Shown one piece after another: positions 16,509 through 25,013 of a DNA stretch of 64,000 nt (position 1 is its first letter; every line of letters starts with the position of its first letter). The notes beneath the pieces were generated by a model. The model ran no database searches. It had not been told where the DNA came from and was given only the letters and a program-made list of their open reading frames with translations. The stretch is taken from positions 89,737 through 153,736 of the forward strand of contig CANPVD010000053.1 of NCBI GenBank assembly GCA_947581615.1, written 5' to 3'. The stretch comes from Candidatus Humimonas hydrogenitrophica. Its GTDB lineage: Bacteria > Gemmatimonadota > Gemmatimonadetes > Palauibacterales > Palauibacteraceae. Both the position numbers and the translations under genes were made by a program.

Positions 16509-18569
16509 TCACAGGCCGATCCCCCGCAGCGTGAGGTTCAGCACGAATCCGACGCCGAACGCGAACGTCACCGCGAACGCGAAGATCCCGGCCGCGATCT
16601 TCGGTCCCCGCTCCTTCCACATCATGAGGAACTGCGCCACACAGGGTACGAAGAGGGTGAGCGTCACCGCCGACACGAGGAGTCCGACCATGTCCAGGGC
16701 GCCCGTCCGCTGGAGCTCGTACAGGCCGGCGGCCCCGTAGTCGCGCCGGAAGAAACCGAGCAGGAACACCGACGCCGTCTGCCGGGGGAGGCCCAGCGCG
16801 CCCACCACCGGGTGGAGGAGGTCCAGGACCCTGCCCAGGAGCCCGGTGACCTGGCCCGCCCACAGGAGCACGCTGGCCAGCATGAACAGCGGAATGACCT
16901 CCAGCAGGTACCAGTGCAGCCGCGTGGCGGTCTTCCGGACCACGTTGGACGCGCGCGGCACGCGCAGGGGAGGTAGCTCCATGTGGAAGGACGCCGAACG
17001 CCCCGGCAGGACCCGCGCCCCCACCGCCCCGATCAAGAGGAAGGTGCCGGCCAGGACCGCCACCCACAGCCCGAGTGCCACGGGCTGCCCCGAGAGGATG
17101 GCCAGGATCACACCGAGCTGGGCCGAGCAGGGGATCGCCAGGGCGAGGAGCACCGTGGCCAGGATCCTCTCGCGCCGCGTCTCGAGCGTCCGGGCGACCA
17201 TGGTGGCCATGGTGTCGCACGCGAACCCGAGCACGATGGGGATCACCGCCTGTCCGTTGAGGCCGATCCTCTTGAACAGCCGATCCACGAGCAGGGCCAG
17301 CCGCGGGAGGTAGCCGCTGTCCTCGAGCACGGAGAAGAACAGGAAGAAGGTGGCCACGATCGGCAGGATGATGGCGATCGCATAGCGGAGGCCCAGGGTG
17401 AGGAGCCCGTAGTCGCCGACCCACAGCCCCCGTAGCCACGGCCAGGGAATCCCCCGGAACAGGCCCTCGAGGAACGGATTCACGTGACCCAGGAAGAGGG
17501 AGCGCTCCAGCCAGTCCACCAGGATTCCGGCCCCGAAGTGTCCCACGAACTCGTACAGCCCCAGCCACAGGACCACCAGTAGCACCGGGATCCCCGGCAG
17601 GGGCCGCCCCAGCCAGCGGCCGAGCCTCTCGGCCACCCTCACCCGGCGTTCACCGGTGGCCTCGAGCACGTCCCCGGCCACGGAGCGCGCCACCTCGTGA
17701 CGCTCCACCGCCGACCGGTAGGCCGTCCCGTCTCGCGTCCCGGCCGCGGCCCGGCGCAGAGCCTCCAACGCCCGCCGTCCTCCGTCCGTCTCGGCGGCCT
17801 CCACCATCGCCCGCGTGTCCTCATCTCCCTGGAGGAGGAAGGACGCGATGGCTCGCCGGGGCATGGCATAGCGGCCGGACAGGGCGCCCTCCAGGGCCTC
17901 GATCGCCGCGGCCACGTCGGGGCGCCGCCCCAGCGGCTCGGGCGGCTCACCCGCGCGGATGGCTCCGAGGATCGCCCGCTCCAGCCCTTCCACCCCCTGC
18001 CCCGTCACCGCCACGATCGGGACGACGTGCAGGCCGAGTCGACCTGCGAGGAGGTCCGGTCTGAGCTCCAGGCCGAGACGTCCGAGCTCGTCCACCATGT
18101 TCAGGGCGAGCACGAGGGGCTTTCCGAGCTCCATCAGTTCGAGCGTCAGGGGAAGGGACCGTGCCACGCAGCGAGCCTCGACGACGTGGACCAGGGCGTC
18201 GATGCCCTCCTCGAGCACCAGTCGCCGGGAGACGCGCTCCTCTTCGGTGGTGGGCGACAGCGAGTAGAGCCCGGGCGTGTCCACGACGCGGACGACGTGT
18301 CCGTCGAGTCGCCCCACCCCGTATGTCACCTCGACGGACGTTCGTGGATAGTTGGAGACGGTGACGTAGCGCCCGGTGAGGCGGTGGAAGAGCGTGCTCT
18401 TGCCGACGTTGGGCGCCCCGACGAGAGCCACGCGCCAGGCGGCCTCCTCCGGCGAGGTCGCGGTCGGGCCCGGCGCCCTCCCTTCCGGCCGGGACGGAGG
18501 GCACATGGGACAGGCTCTCGACCCCTCGAGGGCGGTGCGTGCGATTGGAGCGTTCGGTCGCAGCCTCAT
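16509..18569 (-). CDS. feoB: Ferrous iron transporter FeoB
   Basis: The GTPase G1 motif GAPNVGKSTLF is followed by a multi-transmembrane permease domain. A roughly 45-aa N-terminal extension containing CPMCPP precedes the GTPase domain. Confidence 0.9.
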   Translation of the reverse strand: MRLRPNAPIARTALEGSRACPMCPPSRPEGRAPGPTATSPEEAAWRVALVGAPNVGKSTLFHRLTGRYVTVSNYPRTSVEVTYGVGRLDGHVVRVVDTPGLYSLSPTTEEERVSRRLVLEEGIDALVHVVEARCVARSLPLTLELMELGKPLVLALNMVDELGRLGLELRPDLLAGRLGLHVVPIVAVTGQGVEGLERAILGAIRAGEPPEPLGRRPDVAAAIEALEGALSGRYAMPRRAIASFLLQGDEDTRAMVEAAETDGGRRALEALRRAAAGTRDGTAYRSAVERHEVARSVAGDVLEATGERRVRVAERLGRWLGRPLPGIPVLLVVLWLGLYEFVGHFGAGILVDWLERSLFLGHVNPFLEGLFRGIPWPWLRGLWVGDYGLLTLGLRYAIAIILPIVATFFLFFSVLEDSGYLPRLALLVDRLFKRIGLNGQAVIPIVLGFACDTMATMVARTLETRRERILATVLLALAIPCSAQLGVILAILSGQPVALGLWVAVLAGTFLLIGAVGARVLPGRSASFHMELPPLRVPRASNVVRKTATRLHWYLLEVIPLFMLASVLLWAGQVTGLLGRVLDLLHPVVGALGLPRQTASVFLLGFFRRDYGAAGLYELQRTGALDMVGLLVSAVTLTLFVPCVAQFLMMWKERGPKIAAGIFAFAVTFAFGVGFVLNLTLRGIGL

Positions 18570-18761
18570 GTCTCGGATCGATCCGCTCCGCCAGGAAGAA
18601 TGAGACCCGGTATCATTGTCTGCAGGCTAACCCCCGGGCCGCGGGCCGTCTGTAGGGCTTGGTCCTTGCAACACCGTGGTGGGCCGCGGAAGGGCCGTGT
18701 GGGGAATCCCCCCTCGCGGGGGCGCAGAGCACCTTTTCGACGACCCGAATGGAGTTTCGCA

Positions 18762-18778
18762 CGACTTGCCCGTAGGGT
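18762..18778. promoter_or_regulatory. Inverted repeat GTAGGG-tattt-CCCTAC in the divergent feoB/cyc2-like leader region
   Basis: This is a perfect 6-bp inverted repeat with a 5-bp AT spacer in the most AT-rich part of the 309-bp intergenic region. A second GTAGGG copy lies at 18652-18657. Confidence 0.25.
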
Positions 18779-18878
18779 ATTTCCCTACAGCACGCATACA
18801 TAGGGTAGGGTAGATCGGTATACCGACAGGCGGGACCGGCAGCGGCCCGCATGGCGCCTACGACCCCCCGGAAGGAGA

Positions 18879-20282
18879 ATGGACATGTTCAAGAAGTTGA
18901 GGAGCTCCGCCGCCCTTGGCGGGCCACTCTCGTTGGTCGCGATCCTGGTACTCGCCGGGGCGCGAACGGGCGAAGCCAGCGTGTCGGCCGGAAAGGCCAT
19001 CGCGCTCAAGGACGTTCCGATTCCGAGCTTCTCCCGTCAGACCGGTCTGGCCTGCTCGGCATGCCACACCGCGTTCCCGCAGCTCACGCCCTTCGGCCGC
19101 CAGTTCAAGCTGAACGGCTACACCATGATGGGCGGTGAGCAGAAGATCCAGGCCAAGAAAAAGAACGGCGGCACGTCCCTCCAGCTGGGCGTGATTCCGC
19201 CCCTGTCCTTCATGCTCCAGAGCGCATACTCGGTCGTGAACACGAAGGTGCCCGACACGCAGAACGGCGACCTTCAGTTCCCGCAGGAGTTCAGCGTGTT
19301 CGTGGGCGGCGAGATCGCGCCGAAGCTCGGCTCGTTCGTACAGATTACGTACGACCCGGAGGGCGCGGCGCTGGGCCTGGACAACACCGACTTCCGCTTC
19401 GCGACCCACAGCTCCGTGGACTCGAAGGACCTGACGCTCGGACTGACCCTGAACAACAACCCGACGGTCGAGGACCTGTGGAACTCGACGCCGGCGTGGG
19501 GCTATCCGTACGCCTCGTCCGAGGTCGCTCCCGGACCCTCCGCCGGCACGCTGGTGGACGGCGCGCTCGGCCAGGAGGTGGCCGGCCTGGGCGGCTACGG
19601 GATGTTCGACAACAGCCTGTACGGGGCCTTCACGCTGTATCGCTCGGCCCAGCAGGGAGCCCCCCAGCCGCCGGACGTGACCGCGGAGGGCGTGATCAGC
19701 GGCGTGGCGCCCTACTGGCGTGCGGCGCTCACGCACGACTGGGGGACCAACTCCTTCGAGCTCGGCACCTTTGGTCTGCACGCGCAGATGTTCCCCAACG
19801 GCATCAGCGGCCTGACCAACAAGTTCACCGACGTGGCCCTGGACGCGCAGTACCAGCACATCACGGCGCAGGGAGCGCTGACCGCGCACGGCGCGTTCAT
19901 CCACGAGAAGCAGACCCTCGACGCCACCTACCAGGCGGGCGAGTCGGCCAACCCCACGGACAATCTCAACACGGTTCGCGGAGACCTCTCCTACCACTGG
20001 AACGACGCGGGCCTCGGCCTGACCCTGGGAGCCTTCTCGACCACGGGCACCACCGACCCGGGCCTGTACGGCCTCGCGGCGGTCGATGGCAGCGCCACCG
20101 GGAACCCCAAGACGAACGGCTTCATGGGCCAGATCGGCTACATGCCGTGGCTCAACACGCGCTTCGTCCTGCAGTACGTGCTGTACAACGATTTCAACGG
20201 CGGCAGCACGAACTACGACGGGTTCGGACGCTCGGCTTCCGACAACAACACGCTCTACCTGCTGAGCTGGATCATGTTTTGA
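18879..20282 (+). CDS. Cyc2-like fused monohaem cytochrome c and outer-membrane beta-barrel porin
   Basis: A signal peptide is followed by a single CSACH motif near residue 59, immediately followed by AFPQLTPFGRQFKLNGY. About 400 aa of amphipathic beta-strand pattern follow, ending in an aromatic C-terminus (LLSWIMF). Confidence 0.65.
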   Translation: MDMFKKLRSSAALGGPLSLVAILVLAGARTGEASVSAGKAIALKDVPIPSFSRQTGLACSACHTAFPQLTPFGRQFKLNGYTMMGGEQKIQAKKKNGGTSLQLGVIPPLSFMLQSAYSVVNTKVPDTQNGDLQFPQEFSVFVGGEIAPKLGSFVQITYDPEGAALGLDNTDFRFATHSSVDSKDLTLGLTLNNNPTVEDLWNSTPAWGYPYASSEVAPGPSAGTLVDGALGQEVAGLGGYGMFDNSLYGAFTLYRSAQQGAPQPPDVTAEGVISGVAPYWRAALTHDWGTNSFELGTFGLHAQMFPNGISGLTNKFTDVALDAQYQHITAQGALTAHGAFIHEKQTLDATYQAGESANPTDNLNTVRGDLSYHWNDAGLGLTLGAFSTTGTTDPGLYGLAAVDGSATGNPKTNGFMGQIGYMPWLNTRFVLQYVLYNDFNGGSTNYDGFGRSASDNNTLYLLSWIMF

Positions 20283-20381
20283 CGGCTCGCACCGCGTCTC
20301 GCGCCGGGTCCCGGTGACGCCTTCTACGGGCTCGAGGGGTATGCGGGAGCTCCGACGGCTCAGACACGATGGGAGGACTAG

Positions 20382-20798
20382 ATGACAAAGGTGAGACTCG
20401 CGGCCACGATGGCCGTCCTGTTCACCCTGGCCCTGGTCGGAGCGGCCGCCGCGCGCGAGCCGCACCCGGCGGTGGCGACGTGGGGAAAGGACGCCAGGTT
20501 CGACACGGCCGCCCAGATCACCGAGGCCATGATCGATGCGGGACGGAAGATCTTCCACGGACCGGGCAGCTGCTTCGCCTGCCACGGACAGAATCTCCAG
20601 GGGACCGCGATCGCCCCGCGTCTGAGCGACTCCACCTGGAAGAACGGAGATGGGAGCTACGCCGACATCGTCAAGATCATCACGAACGGCGTGTCGGGAA
20701 CCGCCATGGTGTCGCACCCGGGAGGCATCAGCGATGAGCAGCTCCTCGAGGTGGCGGCCTACGTGTGGGCGGTGAGCCACGGGAAGGCCAAGATCTAG
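20382..20798 (+). CDS. Periplasmic monohaem class-I cytochrome c
   Basis: A signal peptide, a single CFACHG motif and a downstream Met (TAMVSHPGG) are present. The protein is 138 aa. Confidence 0.8.
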   Translation: MTKVRLAATMAVLFTLALVGAAAAREPHPAVATWGKDARFDTAAQITEAMIDAGRKIFHGPGSCFACHGQNLQGTAIAPRLSDSTWKNGDGSYADIVKIITNGVSGTAMVSHPGGISDEQLLEVAAYVWAVSHGKAKI

Positions 20799-20816
20799 GA
20801 ATCACCTCACCGGTGA

Positions 20817-20859
20817 ACGAAGAGGCGGGCCCGTGATCGACGCGGGCCCGCCTCTTCGT
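20817..20859. terminator. Bidirectional terminator hairpin (17-bp perfect inverted repeat)
   Basis: ACGAAGAGGCGGGCCCG-tgatcgacg-CGGGCCCGCCTCTTCGT between the convergent cytochrome c and cupredoxin genes. Confidence 0.5.
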
Positions 20860-20914
20860 GTGCTCCTGCCCCGTCCCGGCGGACCCCTCTCGGGCACCCG
20901 CCGGGGGGCACGGC

Positions 20915-21448
20915 TCAGTGGTTCTGCGCGCTCACCGCGGCGGGCTCCTCGCCCGTCACGACGATCGTCCCCTTCATTCCAAACGACTGGTGCGGCACGC
21001 ACAGGTAGGAGTAGGTGCCGGACGGGAAGTACCGGGGGTCGATCACGAGCTGGTACGTCGCCCCCTTGCTCACGAGGAAGGGGCTCATCTCGGGAGGCGG
21101 TCCCTTGGCGTCGAACGCGGCGCGGCTGGCCGCCATGATCGTGGGGAAGCTGCGGGAGGAGAGTCGTCCGCCCGCCGGCTCGTTCGCGAACTCGACGTCG
21201 TGGGGCGTGTCGGTCGTGTTGACCCACCGCACCGTGTCGCCCGGCACGACCGTCACGTTGGACGGGACGAACTTGAAGTTCTCCATCTTGATCGTGACCG
21301 TTCGGGGGCGCCGGGTGTCCTGCTGGGCCGCCGCGCTCGTGGCGGTGATCGCCAGCGCGACCAGCACGGCGCCGATCACGAGCTGCAGCGTCCAGAATAG
21401 ATCTATCTGTCGTCGCGACACTTTCGGTCTCCGGACTGTTCGAGTCAT
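20915..21448 (-). CDS. Membrane-anchored type-1 copper protein (plastocyanin/pseudoazurin-like cupredoxin)
   Basis: An N-terminal transmembrane helix is present. The copper ligands are His (TPHDVEF) and C-x2-H-x4-M (YLCVPHQSFGM). Confidence 0.8.
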   Translation of the reverse strand: MTRTVRRPKVSRRQIDLFWTLQLVIGAVLVALAITATSAAAQQDTRRPRTVTIKMENFKFVPSNVTVVPGDTVRWVNTTDTPHDVEFANEPAGGRLSSRSFPTIMAASRAAFDAKGPPPEMSPFLVSKGATYQLVIDPRYFPSGTYSYLCVPHQSFGMKGTIVVTGEEPAAVSAQNH

Positions 21449-21617
21449 CCATCGCCCGGGGCCCTCGGCCCCGGGACCGAATTCTCACAGCCGGAATAGA
21501 ACAAAGCGCGGGCCCCCCCACCGTCGGGAATCTCCCCACGAACAACGTGGGGCAACTCTCCATCGGGTGTGAGGGGCCCGCGCCTACAACTGTAGACGAG
21601 GTCGGGCGCCGTCTACA

Positions 21618-22442
21618 TCAGTCGGCGCCGCGCCCCCGGGCCGCGTGCGCCTTGAGGAACGCCTCGATCCCGTTGAGCTGATCCGTGGTCAACGTGTCGA
21701 CCTGCATCAGGCGCATGTTCTGCTGCATGCGCGGGACGACCTCGCCCCACTGGGCCGCCGTGTGGGCCTTGGGCGAAGGCGTCTGGTGGCACACCGTGCA
21801 GCGGCTGATGAAGACGGCCGCCTCCGGACCGGACGGTACCTCTCCGGCCTTCGCGACGGGGAGGGCGTTCCGCGTCAGGTAGGCCCCCAGGGAATCGATC
21901 TGCTCCCCGGTCGGCAGGGACCGGTACTGCACGGCCGAGCGCAGCTGCTCGCCTCCGACGCGCTGCAGGAAGGGCCCGTTCACACGGCTCTCGAGCAGGC
22001 TCATCCGAAGCTCCATACGGCGCAGGAGGATGGGCCACTCCGCCGCCGAGTGCATCTGGGGCGTCGGCAGCCAGTGACACTGCGTGCAGTACGCCTGGAG
22101 GAGTCCGGCTCCCGTGCTGTGTTGCTCGGGCAGGGCGGCCGCCGTGAAACCGGACGGGGGCAGGCCCGTGCCGAGCGACGCCACCGCCCGCCAGCGCTGG
22201 GCTCGGCTCAGACGCGAGAACTGCGGACCGGCCAACTCCTCCATGAAGCTGTCCGCCCGCGCCACGATCGTCGCGTTTCCCGCGGCCTGACCGGCCTGCC
22301 CCGCCTGCGACGCGCCTCCTGGCCCGCACCCCACCAGGGCGAGTCCCGCCACCGCCAGCCCAAGAGGGATGGCCCAGCGGCCACCCCTGCTCTCCGTGCG
22401 CGACGAGGCCGGGTGCTCGCCCGCCACTCCCTCGCTGCCCAT
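21618..22442 (-). CDS. Dihaem c-type cytochrome lipoprotein
   Basis: The signal peptide carries a lipobox (ALVGCG). Two CxxCH motifs (CTQCHWLP, CTVCHQTP) are present. The ATG at 22442 was chosen over the upstream in-frame ATG because the signal peptide begins there. Confidence 0.65.
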   Translation of the reverse strand: MGSEGVAGEHPASSRTESRGGRWAIPLGLAVAGLALVGCGPGGASQAGQAGQAAGNATIVARADSFMEELAGPQFSRLSRAQRWRAVASLGTGLPPSGFTAAALPEQHSTGAGLLQAYCTQCHWLPTPQMHSAAEWPILLRRMELRMSLLESRVNGPFLQRVGGEQLRSAVQYRSLPTGEQIDSLGAYLTRNALPVAKAGEVPSGPEAAVFISRCTVCHQTPSPKAHTAAQWGEVVPRMQQNMRLMQVDTLTTDQLNGIEAFLKAHAARGRGAD

Positions 22443-22697
22443 GCTGCCTCCCTCGTGCTGTGGCGCGGCCGACCTGTCGATCGTTCGCGCTCCTGTCGTC
22501 CCCTCACCGATCTCGTTCGAGGTCACCGGGACCGAATGGGCCGGCCGCCCGATGCGCTCTACGCCGGGCGGCGCGGCCCATACGGCACCGCAACGCTCCC
22601 TAGAGTGCCTCGGAAGCACTCCGGACGCAATACGTGGAGACGCGAGGGATGCCGTATGCTGGTGGGAGACCGTATGCGAGCAGGAGGAGGCCGCGCG

Positions 22698-23975
22698 ATG
22701 CAACGGATCGAAAAGGCCCTTCCATCCGGCGCTGGCCCCCACTATCGTGTTGGCTTAATGGATACATCCTCCTCCCCCTCCCCGACCATCGACGACGGTG
22801 AGCGTCGCGCCCTGGACGCGCTGCGCGAGGCGCTGGGATCCGACTTCGAGATCCTCCGTCCCCTGGGTCGCGGCGCCGTGGCGACCGTCTACCTTGCAAA
22901 GGATCGGGCCCTCGGCATCCCCGTGGCCGTGAAGGTGCTGCGTCCGGGCAAGGCGGCTGACGAGACGGCCCGCAAGCGCTTCGAGCGGGAGGCGCGGGCG
23001 GCCGCATCGCTGTCCGACCATCCGAACGCCGTCGCGGTCACGCGCTTCGGTCGTCTCCCCAACGAGACGCCCTACCTGGTCATGCAGTACGTGAAGGGCC
23101 GCACCATGGAGGAGCGGCTCAAGGCCGAGGGACGGCTTCCGGTGCCCGAAGCGACCACCGTGCTGGCCGAGGTCGCCTCGGCCCTCGCCGCGGCGCACGA
23201 GAAGGGGATCATCCACCGGGACGTCCGTCCCGGCAACGTGATGTGGGACGAAGAGAAGCGCCGCGCCCTCCTGACGGACTTCGGCATCGCCGCGGTGCTG
23301 GATGCCGACGGGTCCGACTCCCCGCGCCTGACACAGACGGGAGAGCTGCTCGGGGACCCCCGCCACTCGAGCCCCGAGCAGCTCACCGGCGTAACGGTCA
23401 CCGAGTTGAGCGACATGTACGGGTTCGGCCTGTTGGGCTACGAGCTCCTGGCCGGCCGTGGGCCCTACGAGGCGAGGTCGGCGGCCGACTGGATTCGGGC
23501 CCACCTCCAGCAGGAGCCCAGGGACCTTCGCGAGCTCCGGCCCGACGTGCCCGAGCCGCTGGCCGACCTCCTGCGACGCTGCCTGGCCAAGGAGCCGCGC
23601 CACCGCCCCTCGGCCCGGGACGTAGCCCGTGCCCTGGCCAAGCAGACCTCGCCCGCCGGGGGGACTCAAGCTGGCCACCCGGAGGAGCACGACCTCACGA
23701 AGCTCATCAAGCGGCGCGTGCCCCAGATCGTCCTGATCGTGGCGGGCGCCGGCGTGGGCCTCATCCAGCTGGTCGGCTCCCTGAACGACCTCCTGCCTCC
23801 CAAGAGCCAACTCCTGACCGTGATCTTCGTCGCCGCGGCCGTCCTCGCCTCGGCGGTGATCGCGTGGTTCCATGGCGAGCGCGGACGGCAGCGCGCCCCC
23901 ATCGTCGAACGGGTCCTCCTGGGACTCATCGGGGTCGCCTGGCTCGCGGTGACGATCGTGGCGCTCGTCGAGTGA
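22698..23975 (+). CDS. Hanks-type Ser/Thr protein kinase with C-terminal transmembrane helices
   Basis: Kinase motifs GRGAVATVYLA, VAVK, HRDVRPGN and DFG are present. A ribosome-binding site (AGGAGG) lies 9 nt upstream. There are two C-terminal transmembrane helices. Confidence 0.85.
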   Translation: MQRIEKALPSGAGPHYRVGLMDTSSSPSPTIDDGERRALDALREALGSDFEILRPLGRGAVATVYLAKDRALGIPVAVKVLRPGKAADETARKRFEREARAAASLSDHPNAVAVTRFGRLPNETPYLVMQYVKGRTMEERLKAEGRLPVPEATTVLAEVASALAAAHEKGIIHRDVRPGNVMWDEEKRRALLTDFGIAAVLDADGSDSPRLTQTGELLGDPRHSSPEQLTGVTVTELSDMYGFGLLGYELLAGRGPYEARSAADWIRAHLQQEPRDLRELRPDVPEPLADLLRRCLAKEPRHRPSARDVARALAKQTSPAGGTQAGHPEEHDLTKLIKRRVPQIVLIVAGAGVGLIQLVGSLNDLLPPKSQLLTVIFVAAAVLASAVIAWFHGERGRQRAPIVERVLLGLIGVAWLAVTIVALVE

Positions 23976-24006
23976 CGGGAGTCCTCTGGACAGTCCGACG
24001 CGGAGC

Positions 24007-24894
24007 GTGCGCATGAGCGATACGACAGTCGCACCGCAGTTCTCGGACATCGACGCCTGGGGCGCGACGCACCGCGGCAACGTGCGTCCGGACAACCAGG
24101 ACCACTTTCTCCTCGGGGCGCTGTCGTGCGGGGTGACCGTCGAGTGCTCCAGCCTCGCGGTAGGGCCGGGCGAGCTGTGGCAGGCCGAGCGCCTCGCGAC
24201 CCTGGCCGTGGTGGCGGACGGAGTGGGCTCTTCGGGCGGCGGCGAGCAGGCGGCGCGTCGCGCCGTCGAGGGACTCGTCTCGGCCGTGTCGCGGTCCTTC
24301 CACGAGGCAGCCAGCGTAGAACCCGAGGATCCCGAGGCGTTCTCCAGGATGCTGAACGCCGCGGCGCTGGACGTCCACGAAAGCCTCCTGGCCGAGGCGG
24401 AGAAGGAGGCCGACGGTCGGCGCTTCGCCACCACGGCTACCCTCTTCCTGGGCCTGTGGCCCCACGCCTACCTCCTGCAGGTGGGCGACTCCCGCTGCTA
24501 CGTCTTCCAGGAGGGCGAGCTGACCCAGATCACGCGCGATCAGACCCTCGCGCAGGACCTGGTGGACAGCGGCGCCCTCACCCGCACGGTCGCCGAGCGC
24601 AGCCGGTGGGCGCACATCCTGTCCAGCGCCATGGGGGGCCAGCAGGCCGTGCCGGTGGTCACGCGCGTCACGCGGGACTGGGGCACGGTCGTCCTCCTGT
24701 GCAGCGACGGGCTCACCAAGCACGTCTCCGACGAGCGCATCCGGGAGCGGCTGGCCTCCATGACCAGCGCCCGCCAGGTGGTCGAGCAGCTCATGCAGGA
24801 TGCCCTCGACGACGGCGGCACGGACAACATCACGCTCATCGTGGGGAAGACGCTCGAGCCGTCAAGCGGGGAATGCGCGGTGCCCGCTCGGTGA
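24007..24894 (+). CDS. PP2C-family Ser/Thr protein phosphatase
   Basis: The motifs ATHRGNVRPDNQDHF and DGVGS...LCSDGL are present. Confidence 0.85.
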   Translation: MRMSDTTVAPQFSDIDAWGATHRGNVRPDNQDHFLLGALSCGVTVECSSLAVGPGELWQAERLATLAVVADGVGSSGGGEQAARRAVEGLVSAVSRSFHEAASVEPEDPEAFSRMLNAAALDVHESLLAEAEKEADGRRFATTATLFLGLWPHAYLLQVGDSRCYVFQEGELTQITRDQTLAQDLVDSGALTRTVAERSRWAHILSSAMGGQQAVPVVTRVTRDWGTVVLLCSDGLTKHVSDERIRERLASMTSARQVVEQLMQDALDDGGTDNITLIVGKTLEPSSGECAVPAR

Positions 24895-25013
24895 CGTCGC
24901 GGGCCGCGGCGTGAGCTTCGATCCGCCCAGGAAGCCGGCGGCCCGGGCGGCAGCGCCCCGGCCGGTCGTCACCACGCTCCCACCGATTCGCCCGGACGCT
25001 CCACCGATACCCG

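Noticed and set aside
15952-17568. A 538-aa ORF overlapping feoB.
   Set aside because: Only the C-terminal segment (15952-16482) carries a coherent FeoA domain and Zn-ribbon. The rest overlaps feoB in another frame and is compositional noise.
18613-18852. A 79-aa minus-strand ORF in the feoB leader as a possible feoA or feoC.
   Set aside because: It has no FeoA/SH3-like or winged-helix motif. The region is better explained as promoter and operator DNA containing the GTAGGG palindrome.
21645-22697. An N-terminal extension of the kinase ORF (776-aa reading) back to 21645.
   Set aside because: The extension is antisense to the dihaem cytochrome gene and is low-complexity. A strong ribosome-binding site (AGGAGG) precedes the ATG at 22698.
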